The notes below the pieces were generated by a model, which was not told the DNA's origin, ran no database searches, and worked only from the letters and a program-made list of their open reading frames with translations. This document shows, piece after piece, positions 17,435 to 27,347 of a DNA stretch of 64,000 nt; positions within the stretch are counted from its first letter, which is position 1; each line of letters opens with the position of its first letter. This DNA comes from an uncultured virus (IMG/VR IMGVR_UViG_3300016457_001349) (Duplodnaviria; Heunggongvirae; Uroviricota; Caudoviricetes). The position numbers and the translations under genes were made by a program. Location of the stretch: IMG/VR virus record IMGVR_UViG_3300016457_001349; one strand, given 5' to 3'.

Positions 17435-19228
17435 ATGACAAAAGTCGATATATTAGAAAAATATTTTCAATTCAGCCTTTCAAATTCTGGGGTTGAATTG
17501 GATGAGAATGAAAAGGCCAACTTGCTCTGGAAACATCTTAATGGCCTTTATAGGGCTTTTGTCATTCCGGCTTCTAAGAAAGTAGCTTATTTTTTTGCAA
17601 TAGATCTCTTTCTGTCTGAGATCTTAGAAATTATAGATGAAGAGCTCAAAAACTTTCTTTTAAAAACTATAACAATAAAAGCTGATATTGATACGTTTAG
17701 AATTTATTTTTTGTTTGAAGATGTTATTCACATCGAAGATATTAAATTATTTCATTCGATTTTGAAAGGCAAGGCTCCATTGCAAATTGGTGACTTATAT
17801 TTAGAAAAGTCAGTAAGTTTGCCATTTTTTGGGCAAGAAGATCTTCCTATTGATTTTAAAAGTTACAGAACTTTTGAGCCTTATTTAAAAAAGAAAATTA
17901 ATAAGCCGCAAGACTTCTTTTTAAAATTAGATGAAATCAAAGCCGGTTCAAAACTTTTTTTCCAGCTTCCTTCAAGTAAATTCCAATATCAATTTCCCTC
18001 TATTGAAACTATGATAATTTCAGATTTTAATCTTTTGGCCAGAAAAGGAAAATTGGAAAATGGGGACAAGGAATTACTATGGCACTTTGATGAAAACTTT
18101 GAGAAATGTGCTTTAACCCTTTATGAGAAAAAGAGATTAAAAATCCACAAAACGGTCTCGATTTTCGATGACCTATTAAGAGTTTTACCGGAAAACTTAG
18201 CCTCTTTCTTGCTTGAAATACGGAAACGAAGCTTTGATGAAAATTTTAAACTCAAAAAAGAGAAAAAAATACCCCTTAAAATCAGAGAAAGATTTTTTCA
18301 TTTTTTATATCTAGAAAAAGAAAAATATTTTGAGGGCGGAAGTGAAGAGTTTATTCTTTCTTTTTTAATTGCTCATTCTAGACAATTGAATTTATTAATT
18401 TTATACGAAGATCTTGAAAGTGCTTACTTTTATTATGAGTGTCTGAAAAAATTTTGTGGTTCACCCTTAAAAAGCGGAATAGATCATCTTGGAACGGAAA
18501 AGCTAGAAGGAACTGGAATATTTTTATTTCAAGATTCCTTTGAAGAACTAAAAATTTTTTCGGATTTCATCTTAATAGATAAAGCTTTTTTGGAATTTAA
18601 CATGCGAAGAAATATAATATTATTTTCAAAAAACTTAAAAGAAGTTTCGATTCCCAAAAATTGGTATTTAGCTTATTTACCAAAATTAAAACCAATTAGA
18701 ATGAAAAAAATTTCTATTTTTTCCGCTTTTGCTAATCGAGTCCTGAAGGAAAGGCGCTTTTCAGAAATTAGGGGAAGTTCCCTTTTAGATAAAGTACCCT
18801 CAAGATTGCGCGAACTAGTTGAAACGGTGGCGTGGTTTCATGGAAAGGAAAAAATTGAACTTGATGACCTTTATATTATTCAACAACTTAGACCAGCATT
18901 TTTTCTTTCTAATTTTTTCTCGAAATTTTCAGATTCTGAAAAAAGAACACTTAAAGTACTAAGAAAATTCGGAAAAATTGAAAAGAAATTCTCTGACTTA
19001 GAAGGAATAAAAAGTTTATTAGAAAAAGGAATTTTGAAAATAGAAAACGAAAGTTTGGTTTGGAACTCTTTTCCTCTTGAGCCCGAATTTTATGTAGAGG
19101 ATTTATTCTCGATTGAACCTGGTTTTTTATACCAAATAGAAGACGGAAGGGTTCCGGAATTTATAGAAAAATATATAGATGAACTCAAAAAACTAGAGGA
19201 GTTAAGCGATGAACTTGATAACTTATAA
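17435..19228 (+). CDS. Large hypothetical protein, possibly a degenerate primase/AAA+ derivative
   Basis: N-terminal FFAIDL...FRIYFLF...KSVSLPF echoes the AEP layout without catalytic residues; C-terminal LVETVAWFHGKEKIELDD resembles an AAA+ lid. Confidence 0.4.
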   Translation: MTKVDILEKYFQFSLSNSGVELDENEKANLLWKHLNGLYRAFVIPASKKVAYFFAIDLFLSEILEIIDEELKNFLLKTITIKADIDTFRIYFLFEDVIHIEDIKLFHSILKGKAPLQIGDLYLEKSVSLPFFGQEDLPIDFKSYRTFEPYLKKKINKPQDFFLKLDEIKAGSKLFFQLPSSKFQYQFPSIETMIISDFNLLARKGKLENGDKELLWHFDENFEKCALTLYEKKRLKIHKTVSIFDDLLRVLPENLASFLLEIRKRSFDENFKLKKEKKIPLKIRERFFHFLYLEKEKYFEGGSEEFILSFLIAHSRQLNLLILYEDLESAYFYYECLKKFCGSPLKSGIDHLGTEKLEGTGIFLFQDSFEELKIFSDFILIDKAFLEFNMRRNIILFSKNLKEVSIPKNWYLAYLPKLKPIRMKKISIFSAFANRVLKERRFSEIRGSSLLDKVPSRLRELVETVAWFHGKEKIELDDLYIIQQLRPAFFLSNFFSKFSDSEKRTLKVLRKFGKIEKKFSDLEGIKSLLEKGILKIENESLVWNSFPLEPEFYVEDLFSIEPGFLYQIEDGRVPEFIEKYIDELKKLEELSDELDNL

Positions 19229-19577
19229 TGAAGCTGACGAGGAAAAGGTGGATTTGCTCCTGGTTGCATCAAATTTAGAAACTCAATATGAATTCTTCAA
19301 GGAATTTGGAGTGGTTTTCGAAAGCATTTCAGAGGATCTCGAAAAGGAAGAATTGGAAAAATTAATCCGGATTTTGTGTGCTTTGGCCGAAGCGGGATTT
19401 AAAAGATGTTTTGATACTATGTTTTTTCTTATCAAGAGAAAGAAATTATTACCCGAGTTTCTTCAAGTTTTGGATTACAAAGACAGGGAAAAGCAATTTA
19501 AAAACACTAAAGAAATAAACCCTTTAATTACAGAACTACTTAAAAAATCCAAAGAAATCACCAAATTAACCGAATAA
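19209..19577 (+). CDS. Hypothetical protein
   Basis: Co-directional and overlapping. Confidence 0.6.
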   Translation: MNLITYNEADEEKVDLLLVASNLETQYEFFKEFGVVFESISEDLEKEELEKLIRILCALAEAGFKRCFDTMFFLIKRKKLLPEFLQVLDYKDREKQFKNTKEINPLITELLKKSKEITKLTE

Positions 19578-19587
19578 GGAGAAGAAA

Positions 19588-19878
19588 ATGTGGGATAATA
19601 TATCTCAGATAGCCATAACAATTTTAGGTCCCACAGCAATCATTTTAGTTGCCAGGAAAAACAAATGGGGCTTTGTAATTGGATTAATGAGTCAACCATT
19701 TTGGTTCATAACTTCAATAGCCAATGAACAATGGGGCGTATTTTTTGTTAGTTTAATTTATACTTGTAGTTGGGCCTTAGGAATTTATGAATGGTATTTT
19801 AAAGAAAGATCAATTCGCCAAGAAAAAAATTTTATCATTTCAGAACTTTCAAAACTGAAGGAGAAAGAAAATGACTAA
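19588..19878 (+). CDS. Small membrane protein (PnuC-like or holin candidate)
   Basis: Three hydrophobic segments; KWGFVIGLMSQPFW...QWG pattern; immediately upstream of the M15 peptidase. Confidence 0.6.
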   Translation: MWDNISQIAITILGPTAIILVARKNKWGFVIGLMSQPFWFITSIANEQWGVFFVSLIYTCSWALGIYEWYFKERSIRQEKNFIISELSKLKEKEND

Positions 19879-20203
19879 GAGAGAAATTTTTCTTCAAAAG
19901 TTTAGTGAGCTTGTTACATTTGCAAAGAGCCAAAACATTAGATTTATTGTATTTACTTTCTATCGGTCGCCGGAAGAGCAATATAAAATGTACAAAGAAA
20001 GAAAAAGCCAAATTGATGGGTACAAGAAAAAATCTTACCATCAGAAATGGCGAGCTATTGATTTGGTGATTCTAGATGAAAGAGGAAATCCCATTTGGAG
20101 CCGAAATGAGCAATACGAAAAACTTGGTAAATATTGGAAGGATTTAGGTGGAACCTGGGGAGGAGATTGGACATTTAATGATATTTATCACTTTCAGATA
20201 TAA
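19871..20203 (+). CDS. M15-family peptidase (endolysin)
   Basis: FYRSPEEQ, SYHQKWRAIDL, GGTWGGDW..DIYHFQ zinc peptidase motifs. Confidence 0.88.
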   Translation: MTKREIFLQKFSELVTFAKSQNIRFIVFTFYRSPEEQYKMYKERKSQIDGYKKKSYHQKWRAIDLVILDERGNPIWSRNEQYEKLGKYWKDLGGTWGGDWTFNDIYHFQI

Positions 20204-20214
20204 AAAGAAGGATG

Positions 20215-20251
20215 AAGGGAGGAAAGACTTTTTTTAAGTCAATCCTCCCTT
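20215..20251. terminator. Stem-loop after the endolysin gene
   Basis: AAGGGAGGA-aa-GACTT...AAGTC-aa-TCCTCCCTT; no clear U-tract. Confidence 0.45.
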
Positions 20252-20262
20252 AGAGAACCATT

Positions 20263-20646
20263 ATGAATGAAAGATATTATACATCAAAACTGGTTAAGAA
20301 ATTGAAAGAAGGCGGCTCCTTTGCTTATAAGGTACCAGATCTCAGTACTGGCATAAAGCCTTTTGATATATTCTGTGTTAATAATGGCGTGCCACTTGCA
20401 ATCGAATGCAAGATGAAAAAGGTAAAATCAATTAAAAATCCAACTCGCTACCTAACTAAGCACCAGGAAGCCTTTTTAGAACAATTTGAAAAGGCTGGTG
20501 GCACTTCTCTGATTTGCTTTTTCTCTTACGGCGGGGAAATCGAGATTTTTGATTTAAAGGGAAAGCTTAGGGCGGATTGGTTGAAAAGTCTCCAGTTGCG
20601 CCCCAAAAGGCCAGGACCCAGAAAAGTTCAGCCTCTTGAGAACTAG
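20263..20646 (+). CDS. Holliday junction resolvase-like PD-(D/E)XK nuclease (RecU/Hjc/VRR-NUC-like)
   Basis: KPFDIF...AIECK...HQEAFL...AGG. Confidence 0.78.
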   Translation: MNERYYTSKLVKKLKEGGSFAYKVPDLSTGIKPFDIFCVNNGVPLAIECKMKKVKSIKNPTRYLTKHQEAFLEQFEKAGGTSLICFFSYGGEIEIFDLKGKLRADWLKSLQLRPKRPGPRKVQPLEN

Positions 20647-21121
20647 AACCACCTTTTCTTAAGATCCATCTTTTGGTTCCATCTTCAATTCCATCATAGT
20701 TGATTCCTATATGGAAATCAAGTTCCTCTAGCTCATGGGACAGAGTAGAAAAATCAGCAACCTTGCTTCCCATTGGTGTTCCTTCAAAGTAGGCATAAAA
20801 GGTGCTTTTCTCGGACCAATTCCAACTCTGTGCACAAACATATACATGGAAGGTGGCGAGGCTACCTAACCTTCTGACTTCCTCCCTATCAAATTCAAGG
20901 GCCAAACCGAATTCCAGTGAACCGGTCCATCCATCAGCCAACTCCATAGGTGAAGTAGAACTTCCAACATAGGCCATTCTAGGGAAAAAATTTAGATATT
21001 CTCTTAAAAATTCTAAATTATTATTAAGTCTTCTGACCCAATCATAGTCTAATGCATCATTGATCCTAGGATTAAGTAAAGAAGTTGACCAACGGCACCA
21101 TTCAGACATTTGTTCCTCCAT
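20567..21121 (-). CDS. Putative tail-tip/fibre protein
   Basis: End of the tail module; shares the N-terminal W..R...N..FL motif with the two upstream genes. Confidence 0.55.
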   Translation of the reverse strand: MEEQMSEWCRWSTSLLNPRINDALDYDWVRRLNNNLEFLREYLNFFPRMAYVGSSTSPMELADGWTGSLEFGLALEFDREEVRRLGSLATFHVYVCAQSWNWSEKSTFYAYFEGTPMGSKVADFSTLSHELEELDFHIGINYDGIEDGTKRWILRKGGSSSQEAELFWVLAFWGATGDFSTNPP

Positions 21122-21632
21122 AATATTCTATACTGAGACGCGAAAAGTATGAGGTTGCATCATAGTTAGCCACGCTGGCGCAAACCTCTATTTTATTTAA
21201 ACCTACTAAAAAATCCTCGGTTGGAATCTGATAAGAAGGATAAGAAATTGGTGAATAATTTAAGGGATCGTAAAGAAAAAACGATCCAGCCGCGGTTCCG
21301 TTCAAGGTTAACCAGGTCATTACCTTTCTATGAGGTGCTGAGAATGATTTGTTGATCCCATACTTAATTTGAATGTGCCCACCCCATTCAAACACCGATT
21401 CTGGAAGATATATTTGAAGAGGTTGATATACAGTTCCATCATTTAGCCCTCTTAAAACGCTTCGAAGTATTGCGCCATTAAAAATAGGAAAATGGGTTAT
21501 ATTAAAAGTATATTTTAGGTAGCCTAAATTTTCAACTAATCTACTACCCCAGGAATATGAAATTTCCTTGTGGGGCGAGACTATTATCCCTTGAGGGTTA
21601 TACGAAGCATCTGAAAAGTCTAAGTATTTCAT
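21102..21632 (-). CDS. Putative tail-tip/fibre protein
   Basis: ISYSWGSRLVENLGYL motif shared with neighbours. Confidence 0.55.
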   Translation of the reverse strand: MKYLDFSDASYNPQGIIVSPHKEISYSWGSRLVENLGYLKYTFNITHFPIFNGAILRSVLRGLNDGTVYQPLQIYLPESVFEWGGHIQIKYGINKSFSAPHRKVMTWLTLNGTAAGSFFLYDPLNYSPISYPSYQIPTEDFLVGLNKIEVCASVANYDATSYFSRLSIEYYGGTNV

Positions 21633-22207
21633 TCAAAGGGCCCTCCTATAAAGGAATATAAATAACTCAAGGTAGCTTGACGATTAGCATCATAGCTTCC
21701 TTCATAATACCTTAAATATGCCCTCAGAATTTTCTCAGTTCCTGTGAAATTTTCGTCGAGAAAATTATAAAGATTGAAGCCAGTATTTATATCGTTGTCC
21801 TTCCACCCTGAAAGATCGGCCGGAAAATATTCAAGAATCTGGGTAGCTGCGTTTGTACCCCAAACAGTTGGATAGGAAGGCGAGGAACTAACAATTAGGG
21901 ATAAAGTGGCACCTTTTATATTATAAATTTTAAGCTTACCCTTGAAATTTAAATGCGAATAACAACCTCTTAGATAGAGCACTCTCCTGTTAATTGGCAT
22001 TGAAACATAGCCAAAACAACAAGGATTAGAGTTCATTCGCCTAGTTCTTTCACAATTAAATGGAATCGGCATAGAGATTCCTTGTCTTACCATCCAAACT
22101 ATATTTTTTTCAATTCGTTTGCCCCAATTAAGGTCCAAATAATCTTCATCCTCGGGTACAATGCCTACTGAAGCAAAATGCGCTCTGAAAAAGTTTTCAT
22201 CTTTCAT
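21629..22207 (-). CDS. Putative tail-tip/fibre protein
   Basis: LDLNWGKRIEKNIVWM motif shared with neighbours. Confidence 0.55.
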   Translation of the reverse strand: MKDENFFRAHFASVGIVPEDEDYLDLNWGKRIEKNIVWMVRQGISMPIPFNCERTRRMNSNPCCFGYVSMPINRRVLYLRGCYSHLNFKGKLKIYNIKGATLSLIVSSSPSYPTVWGTNAATQILEYFPADLSGWKDNDINTGFNLYNFLDENFTGTEKILRAYLRYYEGSYDANRQATLSYLYSFIGGPFE

Positions 22208-24955
22208 TTAGAAAAACCTCGTTATTGAACCAAATTCAAAATTAAAACAGGTTGCTGCGCCTTGTTCCCATGTAATTTTATATAAGGATGCCATAGATGA
22301 AAGAGTTGAAATTGTTCCAACAGCACCTCTATCAACGTACAAAATAGCCTCGCCGACAGTTGTACTTTTAACTCTTTCAACTCTTAAAATTTCAGGGAAC
22401 TTATACGAATCTCCAGCCTTGCTTGCATAGATAAAGTCATCCTTTTGAACCCAATCAACCGTTCCGGTAGCCCCATAAGAGGTGGCATGAATTTGGTTAT
22501 CAAACAAATTTGCATTCTTTTCATTTAAGTTAATCAGCAGTAGATCACTTGAAGATGTTGCTATTGCCCATCCACTCAGAGAGGTTGAGCTAACATCTCT
22601 TTCCACTAGCTCAGTACCGTTCCAACTTCCCTCCTCGAAATAACCGATTCCCTTCTCGGTATAAAACTGAAAATCCATCAAAGAGTAAGAAAATATACCC
22701 TTTTCAAAATCTTTATGGTAGCCCAAAACCACATAAGTTCCACTCAAGGAGGCTTTTGGATATTCAACTATACCTAATTCACCTAATTTGATTCTCAATT
22801 TAGTTGCCGTAGTAATCTCCAACTCATTGGTAAGAAAGGAATTCTCTAATATTTCTCTTTCGACCCAGGTTTCACCCTCAGCAAAATCTTTTATCCATTC
22901 CGCCTTGGTTTTTCTTGAAGAATGGAAATCGTTGAAAGCGGTAGCCGCACTTCCTTTTACAATTACATTTTTGAACTTTTTTGTTTTAAAGGATAGTTCT
23001 TCTTTGGTTAAAATATTACTTAGACTTCTTGAGCGACTAATAGATTCTAAGTTGGTTGCATTAAGGGAAAATGATAGCTTTCGAAAGGGACGAATAGCAA
23101 AGAAGGAAATTTGATTTTTCTCATTAATGAAAAATGAGATCCGTCCTTCTTGACAAATTCTATTAAGAAGATCTGATACATTTTCCCCCACAAAAGTATT
23201 TCTAATTTGGAATGTTTGAGATTCAGTTGCCATTTCAAAAGAGTATCTATCAAAATCATCCTCTGACAATGGCAAATAAAAGTTAGATCCCATAAAAAAT
23301 TTTTTGATAATCTCAGCAGGCTTTCCAGCAAGTTCAATGCCTTTTCTCATATAAAGAAAATCATCCTCTTTGACCTCATCTGGAAAATCTTTCAAAAATA
23401 GTGTAGCGGCTAAATTTTCTTTAACAAAGGTGCCACCTTCAATTTTATAAATAGGAAATGGATCTAAGGAGCTGCCCCCGCTAGTGCCTTCGAAATAAAC
23501 AGAGGCGAATTTAACTATATCACCTTGAAATAAAGCATCGAAAGTCCCTTTGAAAAGGTTTTCCCACAAGGGCCGAATCACACTATAAAAATATCTTTCT
23601 GTTTCCTGAGGATATTTAAACCTAGATGGAACTATGTCGGTTTCAGTCCAGTTGAGCATCGTCCAACCCTTTAGAGTATCAGCCCCCTTAGCATAAAAAT
23701 AAAAATGGGGAAAAATAATCCTATTAGCTGGTTTTAAGAAAACCTTGTTCTTAAAAGTAAATTTTACTCTATTTCCGCTTTTACCCTCGCCCTCCGAAAG
23801 ACAGGCAAAATCATATCGGATCGGGCTTAGTGAAAGATTTCTACCCTTGTCTGCTAATTGAATCTGAGTTACACCGTTTTGGAACTTAAGTTGTCTAATG
23901 TTTCCTTGATAGATTATTTCATTTTGAAGATTGTCACAGCACAAACCTCTCATTATATGAAGGCCGGGATAGGTATAATGGGTTGCAACCAAGCTTAAAT
24001 CATCTTTATCTACTACGTAATAAGAATGTCCACTAGGAAAACCAATATAAAGAAACTCCGGATCACAATCAATTCCATCCTCACAATCGGAGTAAACCGT
24101 GCTTTGGACCAAGCTAAGATCGGACTGTTTCCGCTTTATGATAGTACCGTTGTATAAAGAATAATATAAAAAGTTTTCATCTCCAGTAATATAATAAGGT
24201 GCAACACTTTCTTCAATACTTCCTATATTAGATAAGGTCAAGCTATCAAAAAGACTAATTTTATCTGAAGGCCAATATTCACAAAGGAATAAAGTACCAC
24301 TTGAATTAACCCACAAACCCCGACCAGAGAAAGCCGTTGTAGAGACATTAGAGCCACAAAGCTCTTTTTCGTGAGAATATTTGAAAACCCCATAAAGACT
24401 ACCTTTCTTGGCACTAAAATAAAAATAGGATCTATCAATAGCAATTCCCTGGATTTCTGAATAGCCTTCGCCGTCCAAAAGCTTTTCTTTAAACTCAAGA
24501 GAGTTTTTGTCATATTTTAAAATATAGTTCCAATTTGCGATATATAAATCATCTTCAAAAATTTTCATTTGGAAGCATTGAGTAGAGGTTTCTAGCTTAG
24601 AACTTCCCTCGATGCTATCAAAATCTTTGGCCGTCTTCCAAAGCGTCGAGAACCCATCGTGGATAAAGAGGGCATTCTGATAATCACACATCAGTCTAAT
24701 TTCTTTATTTTCAAGAGCATTCTCATTCCAGCTCCCTAGAATTTCCCCGTCATCTGCAAAGGTAAGGGCTAAATTAGAAACTGGAATTTTACCGTCCCAC
24801 AGAGTAAAAGATTTCCTAATAGGAGGTATGCCCTTTAAATTTCTAGAATGAAAATCAACCCAAGTGGCTTCGGTAGAGCCTTCCTTTATTTCTACTCTAT
24901 AACAGAGTGTGGAAAATTCATTCATTCCATTCCTCGAATTTAAAATCAAAATCAA
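22208..24955 (-). CDS. Large tail/baseplate hub protein with inserted beta-propeller-like region
   Basis: Follows a Dit-like gene; LLNRICQEGRISFFINEKNQI hub-like motif; YWTD/NHL-like repeats (GIAIDRSYFY, ITGDENFLYY, IDCDPEFLY). Confidence 0.65.
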   Translation of the reverse strand: MILILNSRNGMNEFSTLCYRVEIKEGSTEATWVDFHSRNLKGIPPIRKSFTLWDGKIPVSNLALTFADDGEILGSWNENALENKEIRLMCDYQNALFIHDGFSTLWKTAKDFDSIEGSSKLETSTQCFQMKIFEDDLYIANWNYILKYDKNSLEFKEKLLDGEGYSEIQGIAIDRSYFYFSAKKGSLYGVFKYSHEKELCGSNVSTTAFSGRGLWVNSSGTLFLCEYWPSDKISLFDSLTLSNIGSIEESVAPYYITGDENFLYYSLYNGTIIKRKQSDLSLVQSTVYSDCEDGIDCDPEFLYIGFPSGHSYYVVDKDDLSLVATHYTYPGLHIMRGLCCDNLQNEIIYQGNIRQLKFQNGVTQIQLADKGRNLSLSPIRYDFACLSEGEGKSGNRVKFTFKNKVFLKPANRIIFPHFYFYAKGADTLKGWTMLNWTETDIVPSRFKYPQETERYFYSVIRPLWENLFKGTFDALFQGDIVKFASVYFEGTSGGSSLDPFPIYKIEGGTFVKENLAATLFLKDFPDEVKEDDFLYMRKGIELAGKPAEIIKKFFMGSNFYLPLSEDDFDRYSFEMATESQTFQIRNTFVGENVSDLLNRICQEGRISFFINEKNQISFFAIRPFRKLSFSLNATNLESISRSRSLSNILTKEELSFKTKKFKNVIVKGSAATAFNDFHSSRKTKAEWIKDFAEGETWVEREILENSFLTNELEITTATKLRIKLGELGIVEYPKASLSGTYVVLGYHKDFEKGIFSYSLMDFQFYTEKGIGYFEEGSWNGTELVERDVSSTSLSGWAIATSSSDLLLINLNEKNANLFDNQIHATSYGATGTVDWVQKDDFIYASKAGDSYKFPEILRVERVKSTTVGEAILYVDRGAVGTISTLSSMASLYKITWEQGAATCFNFEFGSITRFF

Positions 24956-25304
24956 ATAAATCTTTCATCTTCTCAGGCGGAAGAAAACTTCTTTCCGTGA
25001 AAACACAAGTAGCAGTTCCAGTAACATCATCAAAAGTCCATAGAAAAAGAAAAGGGAGATTCGATTCGGCTATCATCTTAAAGGTTGCTGCGCAGTCGGG
25101 TGAAACAGCCCGAAAATGCAATCGCCAATGTTTTTTTCGCCATATTTCATGGCTAAAAACCTTTCCAGTCAGACTCCTGCGAATTTCCCTCCGAAGTTCA
25201 ATGGATTCTTCCCATGGGTAACCAGGGAAGTCGAACCAGGGTATATCATATTGAACATCCCCGCCAAAAGGGGTATTATCCATACGTATTGTCCAATCAC
25301 CCAT
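24918..25304 (-). CDS. Distal tail (Dit)-like protein
   Basis: ~128 aa; RSLTGK, W.L.F and a C-terminal FDFKFEE typical of minor tail proteins; position fits. Confidence 0.55.
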   Translation of the reverse strand: MGDWTIRMDNTPFGGDVQYDIPWFDFPGYPWEESIELRREIRRSLTGKVFSHEIWRKKHWRLHFRAVSPDCAATFKMIAESNLPFLFLWTFDDVTGTATCVFTERSFLPPEKMKDLFDFDFKFEEWNE

Positions 25305-25307
25305 CGC

Positions 25308-25898
25308 TTACCTCAATGCAATTAGAAATGAAAGAAAAAATCTTGGACTATCATATTTAAAAGGAATCAAATTATACTCAAAACCTAATAAAAAGTTCCA
25401 TCCATAAGGTCGGAAACCAAACCCCACTAGAAGCCCCTTTCTTTGCACGAGCGCATGAAGTCCAAATTGATTCCAATATAAAAACCTAATTCCAACCTCG
25501 GGCTCTAAATTAGAAGCAATTCCAATTAAGGGTTTCATGCACAAACCTTTATTTTTTATTATGAATTTAAATTGATTGCTTTTCTTATCATAAGTAAGAA
25601 ATACCTTACCCTCGGCTGGAATTTTCTTTCTTTTTATCTGAATTGAATCTTGAATACTAATTTCAGAAATCGTAGTTTTTTCAATTTTTAGGATTTTATT
25701 TGAGTTCAGTTTTTTAGCTAATCGCTTGATTTCTTTCTTTTCTGGTTCTTTTTTAATGATTTTGTTGATTTTTGTAATCTGATTGAAAGTCTTGACTTCT
25801 GGCTCGTGCAAAAACTTTAAAATTCCGATATAAATCAAACCTAGTAAAATCAAATAAAAACAAATCTTTGAAACAAGTTTTTTCATTTTTAACTCCAA
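25308..25898 (-). CDS. Membrane-anchored protein (spanin-like candidate)
   Basis: N-terminal TM segment, Lys-rich stalk, beta-rich hydrophobic C-terminus. Likely start MKKLVSK. Confidence 0.45.
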   Translation of the reverse strand: MELKMKKLVSKICFYLILLGLIYIGILKFLHEPEVKTFNQITKINKIIKKEPEKKEIKRLAKKLNSNKILKIEKTTISEISIQDSIQIKRKKIPAEGKVFLTYDKKSNQFKFIIKNKGLCMKPLIGIASNLEPEVGIRFLYWNQFGLHALVQRKGLLVGFGFRPYGWNFLLGFEYNLIPFKYDSPRFFLSFLIALR

Positions 25899-27346
25899 AG
25901 TGGAAACATAAATTGAATATATCGCCTACTCTTGTTAGCTGGAATACTTTCCCCGGAAGCAATGGGGTACCATGGTGCCGAACTTCCAAAAACGGAATCG
26001 TTACCTATTGGAAAATCATAATTTTGCCATGGGCTTCCATTAGAATTCCACATTGGGGGATATTCTGAAGTTCTATAAAAGAATTTTCGGGTTCCATCTA
26101 TTATTGAACCAACGGTTGAATTTGAAATTTCAGTAGCACCCCATGAAAAAGAGGTTGCGATCCAGTTCTCACCCAAATCAATAACACCAGAAATAAAAGA
26201 ACCAAATTCGCTATAAAGGGGATAAGTTCCTTTAAGTTGAACAACCTCGGTTGCCCCCGTTCCATTGATAGCAGTCTCAAAAAGGCAGCTAGCACTTGAG
26301 GCTTCAGGACCGAACATATCCCAGTTAATGCTCATCTCGTACGAGCCGACCTGAAAGAAAGTTTCAGTCCCGGGGGCTTCAATCGTAGCAAGATGAAGAT
26401 TTCTATATCCAGAAAAATCGCCTCTAACTCTTCGGCCATATTTTCCAAAGCTACCCCAAACATTCTCGAGGGGCTTAGAATCATTCCAAGTACTTGTTTT
26501 ATATTTTTGAATGCCACCGTACCATCCGGAACCAAAAATATATAAATCTTTGTATCTATCAATGGCTGCCGACAGAAAAACTTTATTCAAATATTTTCCC
26601 TTCAAGATCCCAGTAATAGAACCAGAGGAGCGCCAAATTCTAAAACCAGCGGTTGCATTCTCAATTTTTCCATTTGGAACATACAAAGTACCGCAGGTCG
26701 AAATAGCGATTTCCTCATTCCAGTTGATTTGACGAGACCAAAGAACAGAAAAATCAGTCAAATTTCTCCGCCTGAGATATTTTGTGCCATTTTGTAATTC
26801 CTCTGTAATTAATGCTCCATCATAATCATCATAAACATCTTGAAACTCAGAATTGGAGGCCATAAATATCTTAAAAGGTTGGGTGGGACTAGAAACGAGA
26901 GAAAGGGCAACTTTAGACCCACCAGAAATTAGAAGAGTGGCTGAGTTGGAAAAAAGTTTCAAACCAGAAACGGTGGCAAGTGTAGAGATATTGTAAATTT
27001 GAACCGTACCATTCGGATCGACTCTACAAAATCTGGAACCATCATGTTCACGCCCCCAAATGGAACCCCAGAAATCAACTTCAACTGGATAAAACTTGCC
27101 CGTTATACTAATATGGGTAGAATCGCCATTTACAAGATTTTTTTGAACCCAGACATCGGTATCTGTTCTTTTATAATATACGTAACTAGCGTTGAAATCA
27201 ACGGCAGCACCAAAATATTCGCCCCAGTATTCTTCACCAGAAGACCAATGGACACTTCCATCAATTGCAAATCTTTCGAACCAACCTTCCTCTCTCTCGT
27301 ACTGATATTGATAAAAACCGTAAACTCCAAAAGAACCTATTTGCAT
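25889..27346 (-). CDS. Virion tail appendage: beta-propeller-like N-terminus + shared C-terminal module
   Basis: C-terminal GSFISGVIDLG...DGTRKFFYRTS...RYIQFMFP shared with 27348..28781 and 50548..52368. Confidence 0.6.
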   Translation of the reverse strand: MQIGSFGVYGFYQYQYEREEGWFERFAIDGSVHWSSGEEYWGEYFGAAVDFNASYVYYKRTDTDVWVQKNLVNGDSTHISITGKFYPVEVDFWGSIWGREHDGSRFCRVDPNGTVQIYNISTLATVSGLKLFSNSATLLISGGSKVALSLVSSPTQPFKIFMASNSEFQDVYDDYDGALITEELQNGTKYLRRRNLTDFSVLWSRQINWNEEIAISTCGTLYVPNGKIENATAGFRIWRSSGSITGILKGKYLNKVFLSAAIDRYKDLYIFGSGWYGGIQKYKTSTWNDSKPLENVWGSFGKYGRRVRGDFSGYRNLHLATIEAPGTETFFQVGSYEMSINWDMFGPEASSASCLFETAINGTGATEVVQLKGTYPLYSEFGSFISGVIDLGENWIATSFSWGATEISNSTVGSIIDGTRKFFYRTSEYPPMWNSNGSPWQNYDFPIGNDSVFGSSAPWYPIASGESIPANKSRRYIQFMFPLWS

Positions 27347-27347
27347 T

